Under the pieces are notes generated by a model. It made no database searches. It saw only the letters and a program-made list of their open reading frames with translations, and was not told the DNA's origin. A stretch of 64,000 bases of DNA, taken from Escherichia coli. GTDB taxonomy: Bacteria; Pseudomonadota; Gammaproteobacteria; Enterobacterales; Enterobacteriaceae. Shown one piece after another: positions 51,048-58,675 of the stretch. A program made the position numbers and the translations under genes. The first letter of the stretch is position 1. Every line of letters starts with the position of its first letter. The DNA lies in the NCBI RefSeq assembly GCF_041886205.1, contig NZ_CP169029.1; one strand, 5' to 3'.

Positions 51048-51467
51048 TTAAGAGGCTTTTTGTTTTTTCTTTCGTGCTAACTCTTCGTAAATTGCATTGT
51101 ACTTCTGTTTTTTCTCTTCAAGAGTTTTTAAAAGTTCATCTGTCTCACTGTCAGGGAGCTCGTCCAGAAGGTCAATGATGATTTTTTGTCTTGGATTTAA
51201 CTCCTGATAGAAACGTACCTGTCCACTTTCTTCTGTATCCTCTCCCAAAAGATAGGTTGGTGTTGTTCCTATTAGTGTTGCTAATTCCCTTAATTTCTCC
51301 CGGCGAGGAATTGTTTCGCCATTAAACCATTTGCTAACCGCTTTTGGTGTTAATTTCATTCGACGGGCAATTTCTGCCTGCCTTCCATGTTGTTCATAAC
51401 CAGCGTTTTCACAGGCTAGCGCAAGCCTACTGGCGAACTCTTTACGCGCTTTATCTTCATGAACCAT
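51048..51467 (-). CDS. DicA-like prophage repressor (XRE HTH, no S24 peptidase domain)
   Basis: 139-aa ORF with HTH GRQAEIARRMKLTPKAVSKWFNGETIP. The C-terminal helical tail LNPRQKIIIDLLDELPDSETDELLKTLEEKKQKYNAIYEELARKKKQ parallels the DicA C-terminus as I recall it. Divergent from the cro-like gene. Confidence 0.8.
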   Translation of the reverse strand: MVHEDKARKEFASRLALACENAGYEQHGRQAEIARRMKLTPKAVSKWFNGETIPRREKLRELATLIGTTPTYLLGEDTEESGQVRFYQELNPRQKIIIDLLDELPDSETDELLKTLEEKKQKYNAIYEELARKKKQKAS

Positions 51468-51492
51468 AAGTTCAATGATATTCGCTCTTGAA

Positions 51493-51531
51493 TGTACTGT
51501 CAGTTCTGTTATAGCATGTACTCAAAGTTCA
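51493..51531. promoter_or_regulatory. Rightward operator/promoter region: two copies of the 15-bp motif overlapping a candidate PR
   Basis: TGTACTGTCAGTTCT (51493-51507) and TGTACTCAAAGTTCA (51517-51531). Candidate -35 TTGAAT (51488-51493) and -10 TATAGC (51510-51515) with a 16-nt spacer. Confidence 0.55.
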
Positions 51532-51546
51532 CACTGTGAGGGTGAT

Positions 51547-51801
51547 ATGAACCAGAAAACACTTGAAGATGTAATCAAAACTGTTCGCGTTGCTGTTGTG
51601 GCCGACGTTTGTGGTGTCAGCCAAAGAGCAATCTATAAATGGATGGATAACGGAAAATTGCCTCGCACAGAATATACCGGCGAAACAAATTACGCTGAAA
51701 AAATCGCTCTTGCATCAAACGGATTATTTTCTGCCGATGCAATTTTAACTATTGGCAGGAATAAAACTACTACGAAAAAGCTGATGGGAGTTGATTCATG
51801 A
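51547..51801 (+). CDS. Cro/YdaS-like HTH protein
   Basis: 84-aa MNQKTLEDVIKTVRVAVVADVCGVSQRAIYKWMDNGKLP..., preceded by GAGGGTGATATG. The track ORF is over-extended upstream to 51475. Confidence 0.75.
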   Translation: MNQKTLEDVIKTVRVAVVADVCGVSQRAIYKWMDNGKLPRTEYTGETNYAEKIALASNGLFSADAILTIGRNKTTTKKLMGVDS

Positions 51802-52223
51802 AAATCAAGCATGAACACATCCGCATGGCGATGAATGCCTGGGCGCATCCGGACGGCGAAAAAGTACCGGCTGCGAAAATTACCAAAGCGTATTTCGAGC
51901 TGGGAATGACGTTCCCGGAACTGTATGACGACAGCCATCCGGAAGCCCTGGCTCGCAATACTCAGAAAATTTTCCGCTGGGTGGAGAAAGACACCCCTGA
52001 TGCGGTTAAAAAAATTCAGGCGTTGTTACCAGCTATCGAAAAAGCAATGCCACCTCTGCTGGTGGCCCGAATGCGCAGTCATAGCTCAGCCTATTTTCGG
52101 GAACTAGTGGAGACGCGGGAACGACTGGTGAGAGACGCTGATGATTTTGTCGCAGTGGCGATCGCTGGTTTCAACCAGATGAATCGTGGTGGCCCTGCAG
52201 GAAATATTGTGGTTGTGCATTGA
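51798..52223 (+). CDS. YdaT-like protein (CII-analogue family)
   Basis: 141-aa ORF that begins MKIKHEHI and ends ...VVVH, like Rac YdaT (MKIKHEHI...VIVH as I recall). It overlaps the cro-like stop (ATGA). Confidence 0.7.
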   Translation: MKIKHEHIRMAMNAWAHPDGEKVPAAKITKAYFELGMTFPELYDDSHPEALARNTQKIFRWVEKDTPDAVKKIQALLPAIEKAMPPLLVARMRSHSSAYFRELVETRERLVRDADDFVAVAIAGFNQMNRGGPAGNIVVVH

Positions 52224-52294
52224 CTCGCAATATTCATACCGGATCACTTCCGGCAATTTGTGAGTAAAAAGATTCGGTATCAAAAGAGGTGAGT

Positions 52295-53365
52295 ATGGCT
52301 AACGCCTGGCTCAGATTATGGCATGACATGCCAAATGACCCTAAGTGGCGAACAATTGCCAGGGTGTCAGGGCAGCCAATTGCAACAGTGATGGCAGTGT
52401 ATATCCACCTCTTGGTGAGCGCGTCACGAAATGTCACGCGAGGTCACATTGATGTCACGACAGAAGATTTGGCAAGTGCGCTCGACGTGACAGAAGAGGT
52501 AATTGATTCAATTTTGCAGACGATGCAGGGGCGGGTACTTGATGGTGATTTAATCACTGGATGGGAAAAACGCCAGGTGCTTAAAGAGGACAACGGCAAT
52601 ATTTCGCAAACCGCAAAATCTCCTGCAGAGCGCAAGAGGGCGCAGCGAGAGAGGGAAAGAAAGCGGGAACAAAATGGCGATTGTCACGGCGCGTCACGAA
52701 ATGTCACGCACATGTCACGACGAGTCACGACAGATAAAGATACAGATAAAGATACAGATCAAGAAGATCAAAACACTATGGTCCATGGCGTAAAAAACGC
52801 CACGAACCAGGCAGGGGATGTTCAGACCGTCAATCTTGGTCAGCCAGCAGGCACGACACCGGAAGCCGATTCAGCGTATGCGCTGAAAGCCGATTCGGGC
52901 GCTGTGCAGCAGGTGATGACCGCAAGGCCGGAGCAATCACACCAACTGCAGCAGCCCGAAGCCGATTCCGCCATTCAGCGGGAAGCCGATCGGGTAGTCC
53001 CGGAAAACACCGGGCAGTCTGTGGGACGAGTGGATTATCCGGATGTGTTCGAACAGGTCTGGCGGGAGTACCCGTTGCGTGCCGGAGCAAACCCGAAGAA
53101 ATCCGCTTTCAGTGCCTGGAAGGCCAGATTACGCGAGGGGGTGCCACCAGAGGCCATGCTGGATGGCGTGAGGCGTTACGCAAGATACTTGGCGGCTACC
53201 GGGAAAACGGGAACGGAATTTGTTCAGCGAGCGACGACGTTTTTTGGACCGGACCGGAATTTTGAGAACTCCTGGTTGCTCCCGGTAAGCGGCACGAACA
53301 ACCAGCGTTGTGTGAATCATATTTCTGAACCGGATAACGAAATTCCGCCGGGCTTCAGGGGGTAA
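52295..53365 (+). CDS. phage replication initiator (O-like / replisome organiser) containing the putative origin
   Basis: 356 aa from the ATG after AGAGG (the track uses GTG at 52289). An N-terminal WLRLWHDMPNDPKWRTIA domain, an acidic and Q-rich linker, and a C-terminal YPLRAGANPKKSAFSAWKARLREG...ATTFFGP motif, which I recall, without having confirmed it, from phage replication proteins. Two iteron clusters lie inside the gene. Confidence 0.65.
   Translation: MANAWLRLWHDMPNDPKWRTIARVSGQPIATVMAVYIHLLVSASRNVTRGHIDVTTEDLASALDVTEEVIDSILQTMQGRVLDGDLITGWEKRQVLKEDNGNISQTAKSPAERKRAQRERERKREQNGDCHGASRNVTHMSRRVTTDKDTDKDTDQEDQNTMVHGVKNATNQAGDVQTVNLGQPAGTTPEADSAYALKADSGAVQQVMTARPEQSHQLQQPEADSAIQREADRVVPENTGQSVGRVDYPDVFEQVWREYPLRAGANPKKSAFSAWKARLREGVPPEAMLDGVRRYARYLAATGKTGTEFVQRATTFFGPDRNFENSWLLPVSGTNNQRCVNHISEPDNEIPPGFRG
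52423..52459. repeat. Iteron cluster 1: four GTCAC(G/A) repeats at 10-11 bp spacing
   Basis: GTCACG at 52423, 52433 and 52454; GTCACA at 52443. Confidence 0.7.
52683..52760. repeat. Iteron cluster 2 (five GTCACG repeats at 10-11 bp spacing) followed by a tandem 12-mer CAGATAAAGATA x2.5
   Basis: GTCACG at 52683, 52693, 52703, 52714 and 52724. The 16-mer CGTCACGAAATGTCACGC occurs in both clusters. The A-rich tandem repeat spans 52731-52760. Confidence 0.7.
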
Positions 53366-53405
53366 GTGTTAATTTCTGGTCATGAGGTAATTTTCAGGAG
53401 GGCTT

Positions 53406-53828
53406 GTGGCAAAAGTTTTTACACAAGAAGAGCGGGAAAAAATTAAAGGGCAGGTTGTTGAACTCGTACGCCAGAGTGGGCGCGAGACGTTAAGACAACT
53501 GGAAACTAAAACTGGGGCAACAAAATATATGATGAACGTTCTGGCCAGAGAGCTGGTTGCCAGTGGCGATGTATACAACTCTGGTTACGGGTTATTCCCG
53601 TCTGAACAGGCGCGTAAGGACTGGCAAAATGCCCGTAAAAAGCTCTCAAGGGCAAAGCTGAAGAAACCATCTGCGGTTGATCCGGACCTTATCTGGTCAT
53701 TACCTGATGGAGAAATACGTCGTTACGACAGGCGTCATAATATGATTTGTACTGAGTGTCGTAAAAGCGAAGTTATGCAGCGCATATTGTCGTTTTATCA
53801 GGGGGATGTTCGGTATTTATTGAAGTGA
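53406..53828 (+). CDS. hypothetical protein (possible winged-helix N-terminus, Cys-containing C-terminus)
   Basis: 140-aa ORF with a GTG start 6 nt after AGGAGG. No family recognised. Confidence 0.55.
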   Translation: MAKVFTQEEREKIKGQVVELVRQSGRETLRQLETKTGATKYMMNVLARELVASGDVYNSGYGLFPSEQARKDWQNARKKLSRAKLKKPSAVDPDLIWSLPDGEIRRYDRRHNMICTECRKSEVMQRILSFYQGDVRYLLK

Positions 53829-54223
53829 CGAGATTAAAGTGCATTAGTTCAGATGCAAATTGACATTTTGTGGCACAGGGTAGAGCTAGCGTGGTTGTCC
53901 GCTTTGTGCCAACAGCGGACATTATGGAAGGTCAGAGTTAAAGATTAAAATGGGATGCTGTGTGTTTTCTCCAGGTTTTGCTCTATACCTTTCGGGATAC
54001 TCCACCGACAGAATACGAAAATCAACATTATCAACGGCTCGAAGTGTCTAGATTATCCATGGCAATTCATGGGAAATCCCATCCAACGGCTTATGCTTCA
54101 TGTTGCTTTTTGAGATCGCTTCTAGCATAGCTCCACTCAATAATGTTGTCGGGTCGTTGCTGATCGAAAAGGATACGGGATTCAATACCATTACCTAAAA
54201 AGCTGGTACCGGAACTCGGGCTG

Positions 54224-55228
54224 GTGGTCGTTAAGCCGGGCCGTGAATCCATGCCGGTATTCCACAATACCCGGGTACTGGTGGAGCCGGAACCGAAAAG
54301 CATGCGTAATCTGCCGTCCGGGGTCGTTCCTGCCGTTCGCCAGCCGCTGGTGGAAGACAAAACATTGCTGCCGTTTTTCAGTAACGCACGGGTAATTCGT
54401 GCTGCTGGTGGTGCTGGTGCATTGTCTGACTGGCTGTTGCGCCATATTAAATCCTGCCAGTGGCCACACGGCGATTATCATCACAGCGAAACCGTTATTC
54501 ACCGATATGGTACCGGCGCAATGGTGTTGTGCTGGCACTGCGACAACCAGCTGCGTGACCAGACATCCGAATCACTCGAGCAACTTGCTCATCAAAACCT
54601 GTCAGCATGGATGATTGACGTCATCGGTCACGCAATAAGCGGTACGCAGGAGCGTGAATTATCTCTGGCTGAATTATCCTGGTGGGCGGTCCGCAATCAG
54701 CTGGCGGACGCGCTACCGGAAGCGGTATTACGTCGCTCGCTGGGATTACCAGCGGAAAAAATCTGCTCGGTGTACCGCGAAAGCGACATCGTACCGGGAG
54801 AGCAGACCGCCACCAGCATATTGAAACAGCGCACAAAAAATCTTGCACCGTTGCCTCACGCCCACCAGCAACAAAACCCATCACAGGAAAAGACGGTGGT
54901 AAGCATCACCGTTGATCCAGAGTCTCCGGAATCTTTCATGAAGCTGCCTAAACGTCACCGGTGGGTTAAGGAGAAATACACACGCTGGGTTAAGACACAG
55001 CCGTGTGCTTGCTGCGGTATGCCAGCCGACGATCCGCATCATCTGATTGGTCACGGGCAGGGCGGAATGGGAACCAAAGCACATGATCTCTTTGTTTTGC
55101 CTTTGTGCAGAAAGCATCACGACGAGTTGCATACGGATACCGTGGCATTTGAAGAGAAGTATGGCTCCCAACTGGAGCTGATTTTTCGATTTATCGATCG
55201 CGCGCTGGCAATTGGTGTGCTGGCCTAA
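54224..55228 (+). CDS. YdfU-like DUF968 protein with a C-terminal HNH-like Cys/His motif
   Basis: 334 aa from GTG, or 325 aa from ATG 54251. The C-terminus reads [43 protein letters not shown]. It lies immediately upstream of Q, as ydfU does in Qin. Confidence 0.75.
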   Translation: MVVKPGRESMPVFHNTRVLVEPEPKSMRNLPSGVVPAVRQPLVEDKTLLPFFSNARVIRAAGGAGALSDWLLRHIKSCQWPHGDYHHSETVIHRYGTGAMVLCWHCDNQLRDQTSESLEQLAHQNLSAWMIDVIGHAISGTQERELSLAELSWWAVRNQLADALPEAVLRRSLGLPAEKICSVYRESDIVPGEQTATSILKQRTKNLAPLPHAHQQQNPSQEKTVVSITVDPESPESFMKLPKRHRWVKEKYTRWVKTQPCACCGMPADDPHHLIGHGQGGMGTKAHDLFVLPLCRKHHDELHTDTVAFEEKYGSQLELIFRFIDRALAIGVLA

Positions 55229-55245
55229 TTTTGTGGAGTAAGTTG

Positions 55246-55623
55246 ATGCGTGATATTCAGATGGTTCTTGAGCGTTGGGGGGCATGGGCGGCTAATAATC
55301 ATGAAGATGTGACCTGGTCGTCCATTGCCGCCGGTTTTAAGGGATTAATTCCTTCAAAAGTAAGATCTCGTCCGCAATGCTGTGACGATGACGCGATGAT
55401 CATTTGTGAATGTATGGCTCGCCTGAAAAAAAACAACAGCGATTTACATGATTTATTGGTGGACTATTATGTCGGCGGCATGACTTTTATGGCGCTTGCA
55501 CATAAGCATGGGCGATCTGATTGTTGGGTTGGCAGGATGCTCCAGAAAGCTGAGGGCGTAGTGGAGGGCATGCTGATGGTGTTGGATCTCCGATTGGAGA
55601 TGGATGCTGATTGTTCGAAATAA
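55246..55623 (+). CDS. late-gene antiterminator Q (QuuD/QuuQ type)
   Basis: I place the start at [35 protein letters not shown] (125 aa), preceded by GGAG. It matches DLP12 QuuD as I recall it. Confidence 0.88.
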   Translation: MRDIQMVLERWGAWAANNHEDVTWSSIAAGFKGLIPSKVRSRPQCCDDDAMIICECMARLKKNNSDLHDLLVDYYVGGMTFMALAHKHGRSDCWVGRMLQKAEGVVEGMLMVLDLRLEMDADCSK

Positions 55624-55635
55624 TTAAAGGAAAAG

Positions 55636-55664
55636 TTGCTGTCTGATTTTCATTAGTCTAACAT
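55636..55664 (+). promoter_or_regulatory. Candidate late promoter PR' just downstream of Q
   Basis: TTGCTG (55636-55641), a 17-nt spacer, then TAACAT (55659-55664). The position is as expected for a Q-utilisation promoter. Confidence 0.35.
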
Positions 55665-55723
55665 TTTAAATGTTGGAATCGCAACGTAGTTATTATCATA
55701 TAACAGCTTGTTTCCTGATTTAG

Positions 55724-55750
55724 CCAGCCTCCCCAAAGGCTGGTTTTTTT
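55724..55750 (+). terminator. Intrinsic terminator (tR'-like); it also abuts the 3' end of the convergent lipocalin gene
   Basis: Stem CCAGCCT/AGGCTGG with loop CCCCAA and a T7 run. Confidence 0.8.
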
Positions 55751-55778
55751 CTAATAAGTATCATTTCGGGTGGGGATT

Positions 55779-56303
55779 TTATTGTTTAACCCATAATAGT
55801 TCATTGACATTGAATCCCAACTTTTGAGCGGTACGCACATAGTCTGCTTTTACATTATCTGGAATAGTTTGGGTCCTTGCCAGAATCCATAGGTATTCTC
55901 TGTTCGGACCACTGACAAGAGCATACTTATACTCATCATCCAGTTTGATTACATTATAGCCACCATAGAAGGGGCCAAAAAACGAAACTTTCAACGCTGC
56001 AGTTTTAGTATCTCCAGTAAAGTATGCTTTACCTTCGCTCTCGCTCCATTTGTTTTTCGTTGGATCGTATCCACGGTTAAGTACGCGAATCCCTCCGTCG
56101 TTCCGTTTTTCATAAGTAGCGCTGACCTGTTCCAGACCACGTTCGAACCAGTTCTCGAGGCGAGCTATTTCATACCATTTTCCGAGGTAGCGGTTGGCGT
56201 CAAAATTTGTAATCGGCTGCACACCTTTAGGTGGTGTCGGGGCCTTACATGCTATAAGAGTGAAAGAGAGTGCAATGCCAGTCAACACAGGCCATAACTT
56301 CAT
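55779..56303 (-). CDS. bacterial lipocalin (Blc-like) outer-membrane lipoprotein
   Basis: 174-aa ORF with lipobox LIAC. Motifs NFDANRYLGKWYEIARLENWFERG...GKAYFTG...ALKVSFFGPFYGGYNVI...YLWILART align closely with E. coli Blc as I recall it. Confidence 0.88.
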   Translation of the reverse strand: MKLWPVLTGIALSFTLIACKAPTPPKGVQPITNFDANRYLGKWYEIARLENWFERGLEQVSATYEKRNDGGIRVLNRGYDPTKNKWSESEGKAYFTGDTKTAALKVSFFGPFYGGYNVIKLDDEYKYALVSGPNREYLWILARTQTIPDNVKADYVRTAQKLGFNVNELLWVKQ

Positions 56304-56495
56304 AATAAATCCTGTACTTTTGATAGTTGAGAGTAAGTATGAAAGATAGATGAGTACGACCGATCACTTAAAGAACTTTCCTACTATATTAGGAATAGTC
56401 AATAACAGAAAAATTGTCAGTGATGAAGCCAGAAAGGCAATTTAGTCCGTGCACTACAAAGTTTATGTGTTAATGAATTAGTCAAGGGGGAGGAA

Positions 56496-57455
56496 ATGAT
56501 AAAAAAACCTGTGATTGGGATCAGCGGTTGTTTGGGCGGTTCTGCTGTTCGTTTTGATGGTGGTCACAAAAGAGATGACTTTTTAATGGACAAATTAGTG
56601 GAATGGGTAACATTCAGACCAGTATGTCCGGAAATGGCTATAGGGCTGCCAGTTCCGCGTCCTGCTCTACGACTTGTGCGCTCGAAGCAAGGAAATATAC
56701 GGATGTGTTTCAGCCACGACCAGAATGAGGATGTGACAGAGAGAATGACAGAGTTTAGTCGTTCTTATATGGACAAATTAAAGGATGTATCGGGGTTTGT
56801 GGTTTGTGCTAAATCTCCCAGCTGTGGCATGGAGCGCGTGCGTGTCTATGATGAAAATGGTAATCGAGGTCGTAAAGATGGAGTGGGACTATTTACGAGC
56901 ACTTTGATGGAAAAGTTTTCCTGGCTACCGGTTGAAGAGGATGGGCGATTACATGATCCAGTGCTTCGTGAGAATTTTATTGAAAGAGTTTTTGCTTTGC
57001 ATGAGCTCAATCACCTTTACAAGGAGAAATTATCAAGAAGAGAGTTATTAGCTTTTCATAGTCGTTATAAGCTTCAGTTGTTGGCGCATAGCCAGGCAGG
57101 CTATAAAGATATGGGACCATTTGTGGCTGCAATACACGAGTGGGCGGACCTTGAATCATACTTTGAGGTGTATCGTGATAATCTGATGGCGATTCTCAGA
57201 AAACCAGCATCACGTAAAAATCACACGAATGTGCTGATGCATATACAGGGGTATTTTAGTAATTACTTAAGTACACGCCAGCGTAAAGAGTTGAGCGAGG
57301 TTATACTTAACTATCGCTTTGGCACATTGCCTCTTCTTGCGCCGTTGACTCTGCTGAAGCATTATCTGGGTGAGTATCCTAATGATTACTTGCTTACACA
57401 GAATTACTTCGATCCCTATCCGGAAGAACTGGCTCTAAGACTGATGGTGAATTAA
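56496..57455 (+). CDS. DUF523 (TudS-like Fe-S) - DUF1722 (YbgA-like) fusion protein
   Basis: 319 aa. The N-terminal half has GISGCLGG, VCPE and SPSCG Cys motifs typical of DUF523. The C-terminal half (FHSRYKLQLLAHSQAGYKDMGPFVA...) resembles YbgA. SD GGGGGAGG lies upstream. Confidence 0.75.
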   Translation: MIKKPVIGISGCLGGSAVRFDGGHKRDDFLMDKLVEWVTFRPVCPEMAIGLPVPRPALRLVRSKQGNIRMCFSHDQNEDVTERMTEFSRSYMDKLKDVSGFVVCAKSPSCGMERVRVYDENGNRGRKDGVGLFTSTLMEKFSWLPVEEDGRLHDPVLRENFIERVFALHELNHLYKEKLSRRELLAFHSRYKLQLLAHSQAGYKDMGPFVAAIHEWADLESYFEVYRDNLMAILRKPASRKNHTNVLMHIQGYFSNYLSTRQRKELSEVILNYRFGTLPLLAPLTLLKHYLGEYPNDYLLTQNYFDPYPEELALRLMVN

Positions 57456-57861
57456 CTGTATGCGATATCATCTGAAAGTGATGAGTTCCTGTATGCAGGA
57501 TATTTACAATCGTAAAAACTACGCTATGATGCTCATAGTGTCAGTTTTTATAAAAATCCTGTTCACGCTAAAGAAAACATTGAGATGCAATTTAATGTTG
57601 GTAAACATACCAACCCCAAAAGATTTTATTCAATCTGTTTTTATATGAAGATATTTCAAGTGAATATAAAGAGCATATAATATTATTATTGCACGCAGCT
57701 ATTATAATATAACAGATTAGTTTAATGATTTGTTTTTTGTGAGTTAAACACATGGTTTTATAGTTGTGATGCAATGAGATTTTCCTTATTGTTGAACTGG
57801 CGAATATTGATTTTCCACCTATACTTACCTGGTGTAACCCCAATGATATCAGGTGGATAAT

Positions 57862-58575
57862 ATGTCATACATATGTTCTATCATTTTGGTGTTGAACTCG
57901 TTTGGTGTCCGAATTGGTAAAGAAGATATTTTGTTTAAAAAAGGAAATGCTGTCCTCATTGAATACAATTTAAAAGATCTTTTTTCGTCAAATACAGATC
58001 ATCTAATGATCGTAGATGTTGAGGAGAAAACAGTTAATGATTTCTTTAAAAACTACACACTCTCACCTTTTTCTGTAAGAAGGTTTTATCCGTCATACTT
58101 GATAGTAGAATGTGAAGATTTTTCATTGTTAAAGAACTTGGTTGCATGCTTGAATTGTGATAGCAAAACCGTGGATGTAGTTAGAAATCAAATATCACTT
58201 GCATGTCTTGCTGTCTTATCTTCAGAGAAAATAGTGCAAAGTTTTTTGTTCGGAAGTCTTAATAGCTTAGGTTGTAAAGTTAAGGCTATTATTCACTCGG
58301 ATATCTCAGCGTCATGGAGACTTTGTGATATATCTTCAAGATTATATATGAGCGAGAGTTTGTTAAAAAGAAAATTAAAAGACGAAGGATTATCGTTTAG
58401 TAAATTAATTCTTGAAGAACGAATGATGATGGCGCAAAGATTATTGATCTACAGTAACCATACTGTCGGCAAGGTGGCGGGAATATGCGGGTATGACAAT
58501 GCATCATATTTTGTAAGTGTTTTTAGAGGATATTTTGGTGTGCCTCCGCACCAATATTTATCAAGATTTTCTTAG
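57862..58575 (+). CDS. AraC/XylS-family regulator of the AppY/EnvY/GadX type
   Basis: 237 aa from ATG (the track uses GTG 57853). The N-terminus MSYICSIILVLNSFGVRIGKEDILFKKGNAV parallels AppY MDYVCSVVFICQSF... The C-terminal double HTH reads ...GYDNASYFVSVFRGYFGVPPHQY. Confidence 0.85.
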   Translation: MSYICSIILVLNSFGVRIGKEDILFKKGNAVLIEYNLKDLFSSNTDHLMIVDVEEKTVNDFFKNYTLSPFSVRRFYPSYLIVECEDFSLLKNLVACLNCDSKTVDVVRNQISLACLAVLSSEKIVQSFLFGSLNSLGCKVKAIIHSDISASWRLCDISSRLYMSESLLKRKLKDEGLSFSKLILEERMMMAQRLLIYSNHTVGKVAGICGYDNASYFVSVFRGYFGVPPHQYLSRFS

Positions 58576-58643
58576 AAGATATGATGTGATGGCATTTTAT
58601 AAAGTTATTTTTTGAAGTGTAAGATTATACGATATTTTTAGCT

Positions 58644-58675
58644 ACGCCAGAATAATTGCTGGCGTTTTTCTTTTT
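58644..58675 (+). terminator. Intrinsic terminator closing the cargo block, about 90 nt before the holin start
   Basis: Stem ACGCCAG/CTGGCGT with an 8-nt loop, followed by TTTTTCTTTTT. Confidence 0.75.

Noticed and set aside
53829-54223. A hok/sok-type or relBE-type toxin-antitoxin in the gap before ydfU-like
   Set aside because: I translated all six frames by eye. The only small ORFs (for example MLIFVFCRWSIPKGIEQNLEKTHSIPF and MGCCVFSPGFALYLSGYSTDRIRKSTLSTARSV) lack Hok or RelE features and lack SD sequences.
54220-54227. Chi site GCTGGTGG at the ydfU-like start (another lies in uidR near 718)
   Set aside because: Single Chi octamers are expected at this frequency in E. coli DNA, so this is not a distinctive feature.
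56312-56327. CTGTACTTTTGATAGT in the divergent cargo promoter region, considered as a LexA (SOS) box
   Set aside because: It fits CTG-N10 but ends in AGT instead of CAG, so it misses the second invariant half-site.
57460-57843. Track ORFs 57460-57648 (plus strand) and 57592-57843 (minus strand) between the DUF1722 gene and the AraC gene
   Set aside because: The spacer is extremely AT-rich, the translations are dominated by I/K/N/L/F, and there is no SD. It is most likely promoter or H-NS-bound DNA for the regulator gene.
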